From positions 62,001 through 112,467 of the forward strand of contig RSEE01000155.1 in assembly GCA_003971905.1 (NCBI GenBank): a stretch of 50,467 bases of DNA, in the 5' to 3' direction. The stretch is from Moniliella sp. 'wahieum' (Eukaryota). Positions 37,634 to 50,138 of the stretch are shown one piece after another. The position numbers and the translations under genes are program-made. How positions within the stretch are numbered: the first letter of the stretch is position 1; the number at the start of each line of letters is the position of its first letter. The notes beneath the pieces are model-generated. The model had not been told where the DNA came from and made no database searches. It saw nothing but the letters and a program-made list of their open reading frames with translations.

Positions 37634-39362
37634 TAAAGTATTTTGAGCAGGACGGGACCAGTTATACACGCACGGTCCACGCCCTCGAGGCCAGCGGCCA
37701 TACTATCTAAGATTGTTTCTTCATGGTACTATATGTTACGCATTGTTCCTAGTATCAACACTCCGGTCGCCTTGCTACTAGGCTGTAAGGCACCCCGGTC
37801 ATATATGAAACAGCTCATAGCATTACATGAGTACGTGACTTAAAGAGAGAGTTTATGGCCATATATATGGGTAGAAAAGCATGATGAAAAGATGTGATAT
37901 TCAAAGCCAAAGAGAAAGAGACAATGCCGACCTCCCTCCGCTCAGCATAAAGTTCTCGAGAAGGGTTAAAAAGATGAAGAGCCGAAGGTGGAAAGGGTAA
38001 TAGAAGAGTAAGAAGAAGGGCCTGTGTGGACCACGACACTTCTGTGACTGAGATATTGGGCATCTAGGAAAGTGCCTTAACGTTCGCTTTGCAATCCGGG
38101 CACGTCCCATCCATGCTGGATACCGTGGTGCGACACTGGTAGCACCATCTATGGTGAGGGTGCCATTCTTTGTTGTTAGTTCTCCACACAGCACACGCAC
38201 TCCCGTCGATGTAAGCGAAGAAACATGATGGACATACGATGGCTTAGGTGTCACAGTACCACGGCGGTGGCTGTGACATGCTGCTAATGGATGAAAGATG
38301 TGGTAGAAGAAGAAAAGGGCATAACTATGCCGCACAGTATTTATATCTCCGTTCTGGTGCCTCTCCGTACTGTAAAGCCCCCATATCTTAATCACAGCAC
38401 AGGGAAAAACGTTAGAAATACCCACCTTCCTCCTAGAATGATATCATGCACAGCATACCAGTAAGTGTGTGTGTGCAGAAAGGCAAGCATCCACTGTCCA
38501 ACAATTGTTGGACGACGTCTCTGTCCCATGTACCCTCTACATAATGTGTGAGTCATTCATGCACAACCAATGCCAAAATGTCCGCGAGACGTGTCATAGT
38601 ATACCTTGTCTTGTTATCATTATGCACTGAGCTGTGTTAAATGAGAGGCAGGCGACGTCAGCATGTGTAGCTGGCTTGATGAAGATTTTTCAGTGATAAA
38701 TTTATCATGTGTAGTACGATGAGTTTAGTAGACCACACAAAACACAGCCATAAAGAAGGCAAGGGACTGCAGGATTGAGAGGAAAGTGCATGTGGGATCC
38801 AGACTAAAACGGAGGAGGGGGGAGAAGGGAAAACATGATCTCCGTCGGGGGTGTGTTTAGTAATACGTTATGTTACATCGGGGGTTCCGACCTAACCGAA
38901 CTCTCCCAGGAAATTCCGGTCACTCTGGACCTGGGGGTACTGCTTCTCTGCGTCACACAACTGGCAGCAGAGGGGGGTTACTGTTACACCTCCAAATCCA
39001 ATGAATGGCAGCGGCCACTAAAATTTACTGCTTTTGTATGGTGTGTGCGGTTGTCGCAAAGATTGAGAGAGTTCTTCTCACAGAAGGCTCACTCTGACAG
39101 ACCATTAATAGCTTCCACCGGCCCCTGTGTCATGCTTGGGCTGAACTAGACCTCCATGGTTGAGCTGGAGGTCTGGTGGATTGAGGATGGGGGTAGGGAG
39201 TCAAGGTTGACATCAATTGACTGCTTAGGGCGAGCCACTTAGTACCCGTCACACTCCCTCTGGGTACCTACTATATATACTGTGCTCACTGTCAACACCC
39301 GATGGCATTACAAGGAAATCGCCATATGAAATGTTGAAGCACCAACCCAGCGCTGCACATGC

Positions 39363-39415
39363 ACGTTCAAGTTGAACGTTGAACGTTCAGAACCGAGTCG
39401 AACGCTGAACGTTGA
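39363..39415. repeat. (GTTGAAC)-type 7-bp array upstream of VAC14
   Basis: ACGTTCAAGTTGAACGTTGAACGTTCAGAAC...GAACGCTGAACGTTGA, read directly. Confidence 0.85.
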
Positions 39416-39573
39416 TTTGTGGTGCGTGGCGCGTGATGCATGATGGCGTTGGCCGTGGCCAGGGTCATCGCATCGTCGACGGCGCAGAGGGGCTGGAGCG
39501 GCAGTTTCGTACCGCAATCGCCTTCTGCCCCTTCCCACCACCCTCTACCTCTACGCCCCATTCATCCCCCCTC

Positions 39574-42500
39574 ATGGACGCCTCCATTCAGAAGGGTCTG
39601 GTGGATGGGTGTACGAGAAGCGCAAGGCTGCGACGCTCGTGCTAGAGAGGCAGGTGCGCGAGTGTCTGGCTCGCGGCGAGCGCGGTCGCATCGATCAGAT
39701 TGTCGAGCAGCTCTGCGCCCTGCTTGCTACTCCCGCCAGCACGACCACAACGGTTACGGCTACGGATACGGGACCAGCTCCACTAACTCCAACGCCAAGA
39801 ACGGTGGGTTGATTGGCTTGGCTGGGCTCAGCATCGCCCTAGGGACCGAGTGTGCACCCTATCTTGACTTCATTGTCCCCCCCATCCTTGCCTGTTTCAC
39901 CGATCCCGACAATCGCGTCCGCTACTTTGCCTGTGAGAGCTTCTACAACATTGTCAAGGTATGCAAGGGTGAGATCTAGTTTACTTCAACGAGATCTTTG
40001 ATGTCCTCTCCAAGCTCGCCTCTGACGCTGAGACCAGCGTCAAGAATGGAGCGGAGCTTGTCGATCGTCTCCTCAAAGACATTGTCTGCGAGTCGGCACC
40101 CTATTATGTCTCTCGTGCACAAGTGGGAGACCCGGCCTATACAGAAGCGGCGTTACCACTAAATGGCGCTCCTACTACAGCAGCAGAGCTTGCACTCGAC
40201 GGCCGCGAACGGGAGTTGGAAGCAATCAAGACCTTCTCGCTCGCCCGTTTTGTCCCCCCCTCAGTGAGCGGATCCACGCCGTCTCTCCCTTTACCAGGGA
40301 CTTTCTCGTCTCGTGGATCACCGTGCTTGACTCAATCCCGCAACTAGAGCTTTTCTTTCCTCTCTGACTTTCTCGATGGCTTGTTCCGCTATCTCGACGA
40401 CGCCAATCAGGACCTGCGCACTTCCACTGCTCATGTCCTCGACAACTTCCTCGATGAGATCAAGGACAATGCCCGCCGCAGACGTTTTGCCCTCGCCCAT
40501 CCATCGAAGGGGAGGAAGAGCGCGCTGTCTCCTTCACCGCCCCCTTCCCCTTCCCTCCAGCCTTCGGGACGCATCTCTCCTATCCTCTCTCGTCGACCCC
40601 CAAGAAAAAGCCCATTCCCTCGCGCATCCCGCGTATAAAACGCACTCGTCCTGAATCGCCGGATTCCCCCGCGTCAGCGGTCGAGAACCCTTCTGAGGCG
40701 GGACTGGAGGCCGCGCCCCAAGAGGGACAAGTAAAGGGGCATAACGAGAAGGAGAAAGGGAAAGAGAAAGGGGCGAGAAGGAGAAGGACGTGGAGAAGGA
40801 AAAGGAGAAAACGAAGGAAAGGACAAAGACAAGGACAAGGAGACGAGAGAAGGAGACGAACGACAAAGCTGAGCTTCCTACCGACCCGCCCTCTGATGTG
40901 GTGACTGAACCCTTATCCCCACAGCATGGCCCGGCACAGGAAGAGGATCAAGTTAATGACAAGGCGGATGTTGATGCAGCAGAGGGGAAAACAGAGGAAG
41001 GTACTGATCCCGACCCCGAAGCCAAGATGGTATCCGATGATGCTGGAAAGGAAAAGACGGAGAAGGACCAGGAGGCTAAGATGGATAAGGACGATCCCTT
41101 CGCGGACACTAACCAAGTGGACGAAGATGCGCCAAGGGAGCGAGGATGACTCCGATCAAGATGAGGAGAAGGAAGAGGGAAGAGGAGGAGGAACTGCTTG
41201 AGTCGGAGAATGAACTTTCCGACAGAAACCCAACCGGATGGAATGAGCAGTGGTTCCCTGGACGCGATGTGCACATTGATTATGCGGCAATCGTTTGCAT
41301 CCTAATTGGTTTGGCTCGAGAAGAGAGTAGGTGCCCTCCTGACCATTCCAGCTAGTACATACTGACACCTTTCTGCTAAGACGAGGATATCCTCGCCACT
41401 TCCCTCCAGTGGCTCTCCGACTTTTTAGAGATCGCCCAAGATGTGGTTGTACCTTTCACCCCTGAACTGCTCCCCGTTCTACTGCCACTTATTGCTCACA
41501 CGAACGCCACAATCCGCGAGACGGCCAACAAAACCAATCTAAACCTGTTCAAAGTGATCCAAGCCCTTCCCAACCCGAGCAATGCTCCATTTGAATTGTC
41601 ACATCCTCCTCACCAAATGGCACCTCCAGCCCCTCTGCGCGCAACTCTGTGCTGTCGAAGTCAGGCCCTGCTGCCCGCATCTTGTCCTCGTCGACGGCCA
41701 ACAAGCCTGTTTCACTCGCGTCGTTGGACTCGCCGCCAATTGGGACTCTCCCTCTTGATCCCGTCGAGGCTGAGGAACCGACGCCCGACTTTTTTGACTG
41801 GAGGCAAACATCGATGCGCTCGTGCAGATGCGGCCTTCCAATTGGCATGACCAGACACGAGTTACCGCCCTTGAGTGGCTGATGATGCTGCATCGCAAAG
41901 GCCCTTCCAAGTTTTTGGCCCTGGCTACCGAAACGGTGGATGGCCAGCAGACGTACGAACTGTTACTCCAGACTCTCCGCGACCCCTCAGACGATGTGGT
42001 AGAGACGGACTTACGGCTCTGGCACAGCTGTCATACACCTCGGCATCGGCATCGGTCTCGAGTGGTATCAACGAAGGCTACTTCCGCATGTTCATGGCCG
42101 ACCTCATGTCGCTTTTTATCTCGGACCGCCACTTTCTGGATGCCCGGGGCAGCCTAATTGTGCGCCAGTTGTGCGTCAAGCTGCATCCCGAACGCACCTT
42201 GAGGGCATTGGCCGAGATTTTGGAGCGAGAGGAGGATCTGGAATTTGCATCGCACATGGTTCAGAACCTTAACTTCATCCTCATCACCTCACCCGAGCTG
42301 GGCAACGTACGTCGCCGTCTGCGTACTGTCCTGGAGGGGGGCAAAGACCGGGACTCGCTCAACCTATTTGTTGCGCTCTTTAAGAGCTGGTCACACAACT
42401 CGATCGCCGTGTTCAGTCTGTGTCTCTTGTCACAGGCTTATGAGCAGGCTTCCAGCCTGCTCGCTATCTTTGCCTCTGAGTTTGATCTCTCTGTCTCCCT

Positions 42501-43132
42501 CTGGTGCAAGTGGACAAGCTGATCCAGCTGCTTGAAAGCCCCGTCTTTACATATCTCCGCCTGCAGTTACTGGAGCCAGAGCGGTACCCGTACCTGTCCA
42601 AATGTCTGTACGGGCTGCTGATGTTGCTTCCGCAATCCTCGGCATTCACCACCTTGCGCTCTCGCCTGTCGGTCGTGGCTGGCCTAGGGACGCATCCGCC
42701 TCCCCCGCGCAGCTCGTACGCCACCAACTACACGGCCGCCGCACGAAAGGAAGGGGTCAAGTGGTCCGAACTCTTGGCCCACTTCCGCACCACGCAGGTA
42801 CGGCACGAACGCGCCTTCAAAGCTCGTGAGGCAGGGGAGGCGTGGCACCAAACCCAGAGCCAATTGCGTGGGAAAGAGCCGCCGGCCTACGTGGCACTCC
42901 GGGTGGCGGCGCCGAGCAGCATGCCCAAAAGCTAGCCCAACAAAAGGAGGAGCTGGACCGCCAAAAGAAGAGGAGGCCTCCGAGGGCCAACGAGAGGACA
43001 CGCCGCGTCGTCGGGGGGGAGTGACCCGTGGCCAGTCCGTAGCCGCGGCAAGGTCCGCTCGCGCACAGCCACCACCAGCTCAGCCGCGACTTTGCCAGGG
43101 GCATAATCGGAATGTCGCATGCCATGATGTAG
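39574..43132 (+). CDS. VAC14: PI(3,5)P2 regulatory scaffold Vac14 (HEAT repeats)
   Basis: [150 protein letters not shown]. Intron 41327-41380. 3' end approximate. Confidence 0.95.
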
Positions 43133-43910
43133 GGCCCGGGAGAGGTTCTGTGGGGGAAATGGGAATGTTAATCGCCTCGCTGGGATGCCGTTTGTCGTGG
43201 CCCGATAGCGGCAGGATCCACATAGGGGTTGTAATACATCCAGCCCACTGCGCTGGTGGGCCGTTGTTCGCGTCTGGAGCAAGGCCGTCACGGCACAAGG
43301 GGCTGGGCACGGCAGGGCACGGTTTATTGGTGGCAGTGGATCGTCCACTTTTCGCGTGTCTCGACAGCATCATCGATCATCGCCGGCGGAGGTGGACGAG
43401 CTTGAGATATGTGCGAAGATGGGAGCTAGACCACAATTGCCACCCCCTACTTCCTCCTGAGACGACCGGGTTCTCCTCTAGTAGTTGCCATCCTCTTTTG
43501 CCATCCCTTTGCCTTAATTTGTTGAGATGTTATTTGTACTCACAGCACCGACTTTTTGCCGGCCCAGGAACAATGCTTTAGGCTGGTACCCAACTCACCC
43601 AGGACGCAAAACGCCATCATGTCGCCTATTGATTCCTCGAGGCCTCAATTATCCCATCGATGTGCCATCTTCGCCGCCTTCTTATCGCGAGTTCCGGGTG
43701 GCCTGTGTACTGGTCACGTGTCGGGGTCAATATTCAATGTTCAATGTTCACACGCGTCCTCCATGCATCGACGCGGCGCGTTGGAGAATTTTGGCCACTT
43801 CGTTGGGGTGTTAATATGGCTTGACGCGGGGGCTCCTTCGGCGCAGGCCTCGCTGCCACTGGCCTCGTTCGATCGATGGGCACCACCACCACCACCACCA
43901 ATCCGCCGCC

Positions 43911-46900
43911 ATGGCCATGCTTCATCCGCCGGAGCGCTCGTTCTTCCCCACGCCCTCCGCGTCCGAGTCGGACGCAGGCCGCCTCGCGTGCCTTTGGTTT
44001 CCCCCATTCCCAGGCGTACACCATCCAGCTCACGCTCATGCGCGCCCTGTTCCACTGCATTGAGCACGGCCACGCTGGCATCTTCGAGTCGCCCACTGGC
44101 ACGGGCAAGTCACTGTCGCTTGCGTGTGCCGCGCTGACATGGATCGAGCACAACATGCAGCGTTCCACGCGTGGTGCCCTTACGCTGCACCTTTGTCCAC
44201 CAACTCCCCCTCGCACCATGCCCCCCAGCCTGGCCGACGATGACGATGTACCCGACTGGGTTACTGCCCACGCGCTCGCCAAGGAACGAGACTGGGCAGC
44301 CGAGGCGGAACGGGACTTGAGCCAGCGCATTGCCACCGCTCGTCGACAGGAGCAACTTGGTCCAAGCCAAAGCAACGGCGCCTGCTCGCACCCTCGTTCC
44401 AGCCGGGCGGACTGGTAGGTCGTACGCTACCTCGCATAAGCATGCGCGTCCGCGTATCGATGTCGGAGACGAGGCGGACGACGATCGTTTTATTCTGGGT
44501 GAACACGAAACCAATGTCTCGGTGGCGGACGAGATGGCTGCTTTCCTAGGCACCCCCACGCCCGAAGCAGACGAGCCGGTTTGACACCCGAGCTGAAAGC
44601 GCTGTTGCGAACGTACGAGTCGGCAACGTCGGGATCGGGTCGGGGAGCACTGCATGCGAGTTTGACACGCGGGACGGCGTTGGCCTCCATATCCGAGGGC
44701 GGATCAAGGCGGGAGCGCGAGTTGGAAGAGTTGCTGACCCAGGAAACCAAACCCCAAATCATCTTGGCCAGCCGCACGCACAGCCAATTGCCCAGTTTGC
44801 CGCCGAAGTGCGCAAGACGCGGTTTGCCCAGCATGGGCTTCGTGTCAAACCGGTTCGTTCGGTTGCACCGCTTCGTGGGGGTCCCCGTGTCGAGATTGGT
44901 GTTGAGGATCCCGCGACCGAGGGTCTTCCACCCGATAAGCCTGCGTCCGAGGGATGGGTATGGGAGACCATCCCCTGCGGGCCATTGCATTGGGCAGCCG
45001 AGCCCAGTTGTGTATCAATGACCAGGTCCGTTCTGGGTGCGGCCAGGGGGACAGAGGCGATGAATGAGCGGTGCAGAGAACTGCTCACTGCGCCGCCACG
45101 GTCCGAAGCCAACAAACGAAGAAAAACGAACAGCACCACCACTTCCTCTTCCCTCGCTGATTCGCCTGACGAAGAGGATTGCCGGTGCCCGTTTGCCCCC
45201 CGCCTACAACCGAGGGATTAGAACGCACCATCCTGTTCCGCTCCCATGCGTTTGCCCAAGTGCGAGACATTGAGGACCTTGCCTCACTTGGACGGGACTT
45301 AGGAGTATGTCCCTATTTTGCCTCGCGCGCTGCCACCCGTACTGCGCATCTCTACCGCACCCTACAACTTGTTGTTGAGTGCCTCGGAGCCAAATTCAGG
45401 GGGCGTGACACTCAAGGACAATGTGTGCTCATGATGAGGCCCATAACCTGGTTGATACGGTCCTGGGACAATACACCTTGTCGCTCACTTTGGCGGATGT
45501 GCGCAGCGCGCTGGAGGCCACCCAAGCCTATCTCACTCGGTTTGCTACTCGTCTCCGTGGGGACAACGAGGTCCAAATTCGTCGCTTGGTGGCTGCGCTG
45601 ACAGCCATGGTGGCAGCCATACGGAATTGGGCTTTGGAAGCAGTGGCGCAACCGAGCAGCAAGACTAATGGCCATGGCCAGGGCAATCAAAGCCGCCTCT
45701 TCTTGAAATGGGAAAGGACCCTCGGTCCAATGGCAATGGCGTGCCGGACCTCTTCCCTTCTGGGACTCGCTTCAAGCCCAAAGAAGCCATCTTGACCGCC
45801 AGCAAGTTTGTCGCGCAGATGGGCGGAACAGGGGATCTGATCAACGTACGTCTTCTCTCGCTTCCTCTCTTCAATTCCAATTACGAATACTGACACCACC
45901 AGATCAGCTCGCTGCGCTTTCTCGGTTCCTTCATGAGAGCAAGTTGCCGGAAATTGGCAGGGTACGCGGACGTTGCCGCTCGACGGCAGCCAAAGCAAAC
46001 CCAAGTAGTCAGCCACCCACTTGCGGAGCAGCCTTCCCTTCTTCACACCCTTGCCCGTTTTCTCGACAGTCTCGCTCGTCCGATGGAGATGGTCGAGTCC
46101 TTCTGCGTGTCCAAGCCGGGAGCGAAGCAGACCTGGGTCGCAACGTGAGTATCAAGTATCAACTGCTGGATGCGGGTAAGGCGTTTGCGCCTGTTGTCCA
46201 ATCCGCCCGGTCTGTCGTTTTGGCCGGTGGGACCATGTCGCCCATGGCACCCGTGGTGGCGCAACTATTTCCTTCGGTCTCAGAGGACGCGGTTGATAAG
46301 CTTCCTGCGGGCACATTATCCCTCCAAAAATGTCCTGACGAGTGTTGTGTGTTGGCCCGTCGGGAAGACGGTTGGAGTTGACGTACGAGAAACGATCGGA
46401 TACGCAAATGGTGTGTGCCCCTCCTATTGTCCTGCTTGGTGTGGCTCATCCGGATGAACTCGCTTCTTTCTGTCAGACGGACGAGTTGGGTCAAGTCTTG
46501 CTCAACGTAGCCTCGTCGTGCCACACGGAATGGTCGTATTCGTTCCTCCTATGCCGTCCTGGCGGCGTACAAAGCGCGATGGCAAGCCAGTGGTATGTTG
46601 GGCAAACTGGCGGACCGCAAATCCCTCTTCTACGAACCCAACTCGAGTGGCGAAGTAGAGGCGCTGCTGGGGGAGTATGCGCGGTGTCAAGGCCGCTCCC
46701 AGGGACGAAGGCGCGGCGCCCTTTTGTTTGCTGTAGTGGGCGCCAAGCTGAGCGAAGGGATCAACTTTGCTGACGATTGGCTCGGGCGGTGGTGGTGCTT
46801 GGCCTCCCTTTCCGCACGCCGGAAGCGCCGAACTACAAGAACGATGCGCTTTGCGCGCGAGAACCAGCCACGCGCAAGTAGCACCGACGCAGGCAAGGAG

Positions 46901-47266
46901 CTGTACATGAACATGTGCATGCGGGCCGTTAACCAAAGCATTGGAAGGGCGATCCGACATGCGGGCGATTATGCCGCACTACTCCTTGTGGACGCGCGCT
47001 ACTCGCTCCGACATCGAGGCGCGCTGCCCGGCTGGATCACCTCGGGCTCGCCAGATTCAGCGACGGCTGGGACGGGGCCAGGGGGGCTGCGCAAGCCCCG
47101 GACGTTCCCTGAGACTCTACGAGACGTTGTTTCCTTTTTATGGGGCACAGATGAGAAGGGGGGGGGAGGGCGCTGGGGGATGGAGGTGTTGTCTGATTGG
47201 CATTGGCAGCCCCAAGCGCAATCGGATATGCCTCAGCCACATCACCTGCCAACTGGTTTAGTATAG
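43911..47266 (+). CDS. CHL1: Fe-S DNA helicase Chl1/DDX11 (XPD/Rad3 family)
   Basis: GIFESPTGTGKSLSL (motif I), ASRTHSQL, four Fe-S Cys (LCIN, NERC, CPF, CPY), DEAHNL, VVLAGGTMSP, AVVGAKLSEGINFAD, MRAVNQSIGRAIRHAGDYA. Introns 45846-45902 and 46411-46476. 3' end uncertain (about 47150-47266). Confidence 0.93.
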
Positions 47267-47697
47267 GTCCCGAGCGCATGTCCGCCGACTTGACAGATGC
47301 CGGGTTTGTGGTCCGAATGCGGTGAGCTACCGGCCTTGTGTTCTCTCAACGTATCAACGTGCAATCTGTCTTTGGTTATCCTTCGGGTGTGGTACATGTA
47401 TGCGGCCTGTAGATCATATAGTGCTTTCTTCGCCTGCTAATTATTCAGGCACAGTAACATAAAAGGACACAGGAAACAAGGCCAACCAGCAGCCCGGTCT
47501 AGGTGGAGAATACAACTTCCAATACGGAAGTGGGCAACGCCCAAAACTTGAAGAGTCAGATCTCACATCCGACAGCACAAATGACAAGACGCTGTCGGGC
47601 AAAAAAGAGAGGGGCACCACCGAGTGCGGGGGTCAGAGAAAGAATAGAAGACGCACTAGATGCACACACAACCAGTGTGAGCAAGTATTTAGAAAGA

Positions 47698-49801
47698 TCA
47701 AGAAGGTGAAGCAAGCCCCGAGCGACAAAGAGGCCCTGAACCGTTTGTGGACAGGTAAGGGAGCAGGGGCGGAGTCGACCAAAGTGGGTGAACCAGGGGA
47801 AAGTACCTCGCTGTCCCTCTGGAACAACAGCAAGGTAGCTGCCGATTGGGTGCGACGGGATGGCGGGACGGCTATCCAACGGGGGAAGAGGTTGAAGGGG
47901 GGGAGAAAGGGGGCTCATCGCTTGCTTCCGTTTGCGGGAGAAGGTGGCTCGTCGTTGCAGAAAAGACTGGGGAAGAGAAACGGCGATCGGAAGGTACCAT
48001 GCCAATCGCATCCGTGGAATGGGAGCCCTGCTGAAACGACGTAGTAACCACTCATCTCCCACGCGTGTATTGACCATTGCGAGCCAAGGGCAAAGACCAA
48101 GTGGAAGACCGAACCCCAGTCTTGATTGACATGGCCAATGTACTTAGTCCCATGCCCAAACTCGAATTCCTCCTTGGTGTTAGGACCGAAGAGCGAGGCA
48201 AACTGGTCGCGGGTTTGGTAATGGGCTGACGGACGGAGGGTCAGACAATCTTCCCCCCTTGCTGGAACCGACGACCGGCGTTCGGTAATAGTCAACTTGG
48301 AAGGCGGTAATAACTGATGAAGAGGGCGACTGGGCTCTGTCGAATGACGAGCTCCGGAAACACACGGGGAGATGAGAAGGAGACTGAGGCTCGTGAAGAA
48401 AACGAAAAGAGAGGAGCATACGACCCTGCGGTCCAAGATCGGATACGAGCATGGCGCCCCATTGACACACTTTCCCGAGGGTTGGAAGACGACAAGGGAA
48501 ATTCCACCTGGCCACTGGTATGTGGTCGCTGCAGACGTCGAGGCAATTCGGGATTGATCAGCTCCAGCAGGACAGAACAAAGGGATGTCAAGCGGGGTTC
48601 CCCTTGGTTCCACCTAGATAGGTCAGCCGTGGCGCTCGACTGGCCTTGCGGAATGTGGTCCGTGGAGCGAAGTGGGATGGAGGGACAGTGTAGTCAGTCA
48701 GTATTTGTTCCCCCTTTCAATTGATCCGGAATGCCATTGTGATCGATGCACCAGTCCTGAGGTGATGTGCCCCCCTTCTGCGAGATAGAAACCAGGATGA
48801 TGGGGGGGAGAATGCGCCCGCGAGACCGGCTCAAATGAGCAGAAGTTGCACGACGTATCGTACCAACCGAAGGCTGCGGAGGAAGCCTCGATTTCGGGAT
48901 GGATTTCACTTGGCACACCATCTCCTTCTTTGTCGGGTCCAGCGGGAGTTGAGGGGCAGTACTGGATCGGGACCGACCTGGAGGGTTAATCCCAAGACCG
49001 AGAGGACGACCGGGGGAATTCGTATGGTGTAGCCCAATCGCGAATGAGGGCTCGACTTGCTCCATGATCCGGATTGAACGCTGCCCTTACATGTCCACCA
49101 GCGAGTCCAGTGACTCTGGACATCAGGCAGAAGTGAGAGATCCCTCCAAAGTACAAGTCTCCTCATCGCACGATGTGTCAGTCAGGCTGTCGCTGCTGCT
49201 CTGACTAGGTACACAACACTAGTTGAGGTGTGGAAGTACTTTCTGGATCCAGCACGCTCTCGCCGCAATGGTTTGCATCGAGGCGGCCAGTGCAAGCGGC
49301 GTATTCTAGGTTGGCCGTCGATGACGCATGGTTAGGGGCCGCTAGGTTTGACTGTGTTGGGGGAGATGGAGGGCCATACTTCTGGAAGGCGACACTTGGA
49401 TTTGGGGAGGGGAGGGTAGGCTCGGGAGGAACACTGGGGTTATGGCTGCAGCTGCGGGAGGCGGTGTCTGCGATGAAATGATTGGATGGGAAAATACCGC
49501 TTGCAGGACTTGGAACGAGCTAAGAGATCGGGCATGGCTGAGACCACCGGGGCTGGGTCGTGTGGGCCAAGAAGAGGGTGGGCAGGGCTGCGTACGGTGG
49601 GCTTCGACAAAGGGCCCAACCGTTTTGGGGCGGCTGGGCTGGGCGGCGTGTGTGGTGGGGGGCGCGAGGAAGGAGGCGGCGGCGGGGGTGGCAAAGCGGC
49701 GGGCCCAGCGCCGGAGGTTGCCGGTGGAGCGGGGGGTGAGGAGGGGAGATGTGGGCGGTTTGGCCCCGTGCCCGTGGGATGCTGTCCCCGAGGGTGCCCA
49801 T
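47698..49801 (-). CDS. Hypothetical Pro/Ser-rich protein, no recognised domain
   Basis: ATG 49801 (MGTLGDSIPR) follows a C-rich leader and a CACGTG at 49899. Overlapping protein-like minus-strand ORFs (49342-49923, 48694-49065, 47915-48613, 47556-48077) tile the interval. Ends uncertain. Confidence 0.45.
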
Positions 49802-50053
49802 GAGGATGGGGGGTGTAGTGACGACGGGGCGGGATGTGGGAGGCGGGGAGGCGGCGGAGGAGGGGGCAGGTGTATGTAGGGAGGGGGGTGAGCGGTGACA
49901 CGTGGCATGTGCGTGTGGTGCATATGTTTCTACACTGAAGTGAGGGAGGCTGACGCTGAGTGGCTGCCTCACAGCCCCAGTGCCCAGATAGAGCTGTGTC
50001 GTTTCCGACCCACCTCTGAGCGAGAAATGATGCAGGCTCGGCTGCCAACAGAT

Positions 50054-50138
50054 GCCTCGCTATTTCAATCGGTAGAATTTGAGACTCTTACTACAGAGGT
50101 CCATCTCACGGTTGTGGGTTCGAGTCCCACGTGGGGCG
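50054..50138 (+). tRNA. tRNA-Lys(CTT) with 12-nt intron
   Basis: Acceptor GCCTCGC/GTGGGGC, D-loop AATCGGTA, anticodon stem TGAGA/TCTCA with CT-CTT-A loop (anticodon 50087-50089), intron 50091-50102 at the canonical 37/38 site, T-arm GTGGG-TTCGAGT-CCCAC, followed by a TTTTT Pol III terminator. Confidence 0.92.

Noticed and set aside
38807..39297. Solo LTR (purine run, TGTTACA...CAACA, internal TATATA)
   Set aside because: No target-site duplication, no second copy in the window and no gag/pol remnants.
27751..41380. AAG splice acceptors (27751-27753, 41378-41380) as non-canonical splicing
   Set aside because: AAG is a known minor 3' splice site in fungi, and both introns have ordinary donors and branch sites.
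68..47266. Mass pseudogenisation or programmed ribosomal frameshifting
   Set aside because: Lesions are mostly one-base losses in short runs, hit essential genes indiscriminately and leave motifs intact, as expected for consensus error.
8577..47266. Functional gene cluster (ATG16, SEC17, VAC14, PHO85 in vacuole/autophagy biology)
   Set aside because: The genes are interspersed with unrelated housekeeping genes and share no evident regulatory signature; chance adjacency is sufficient.
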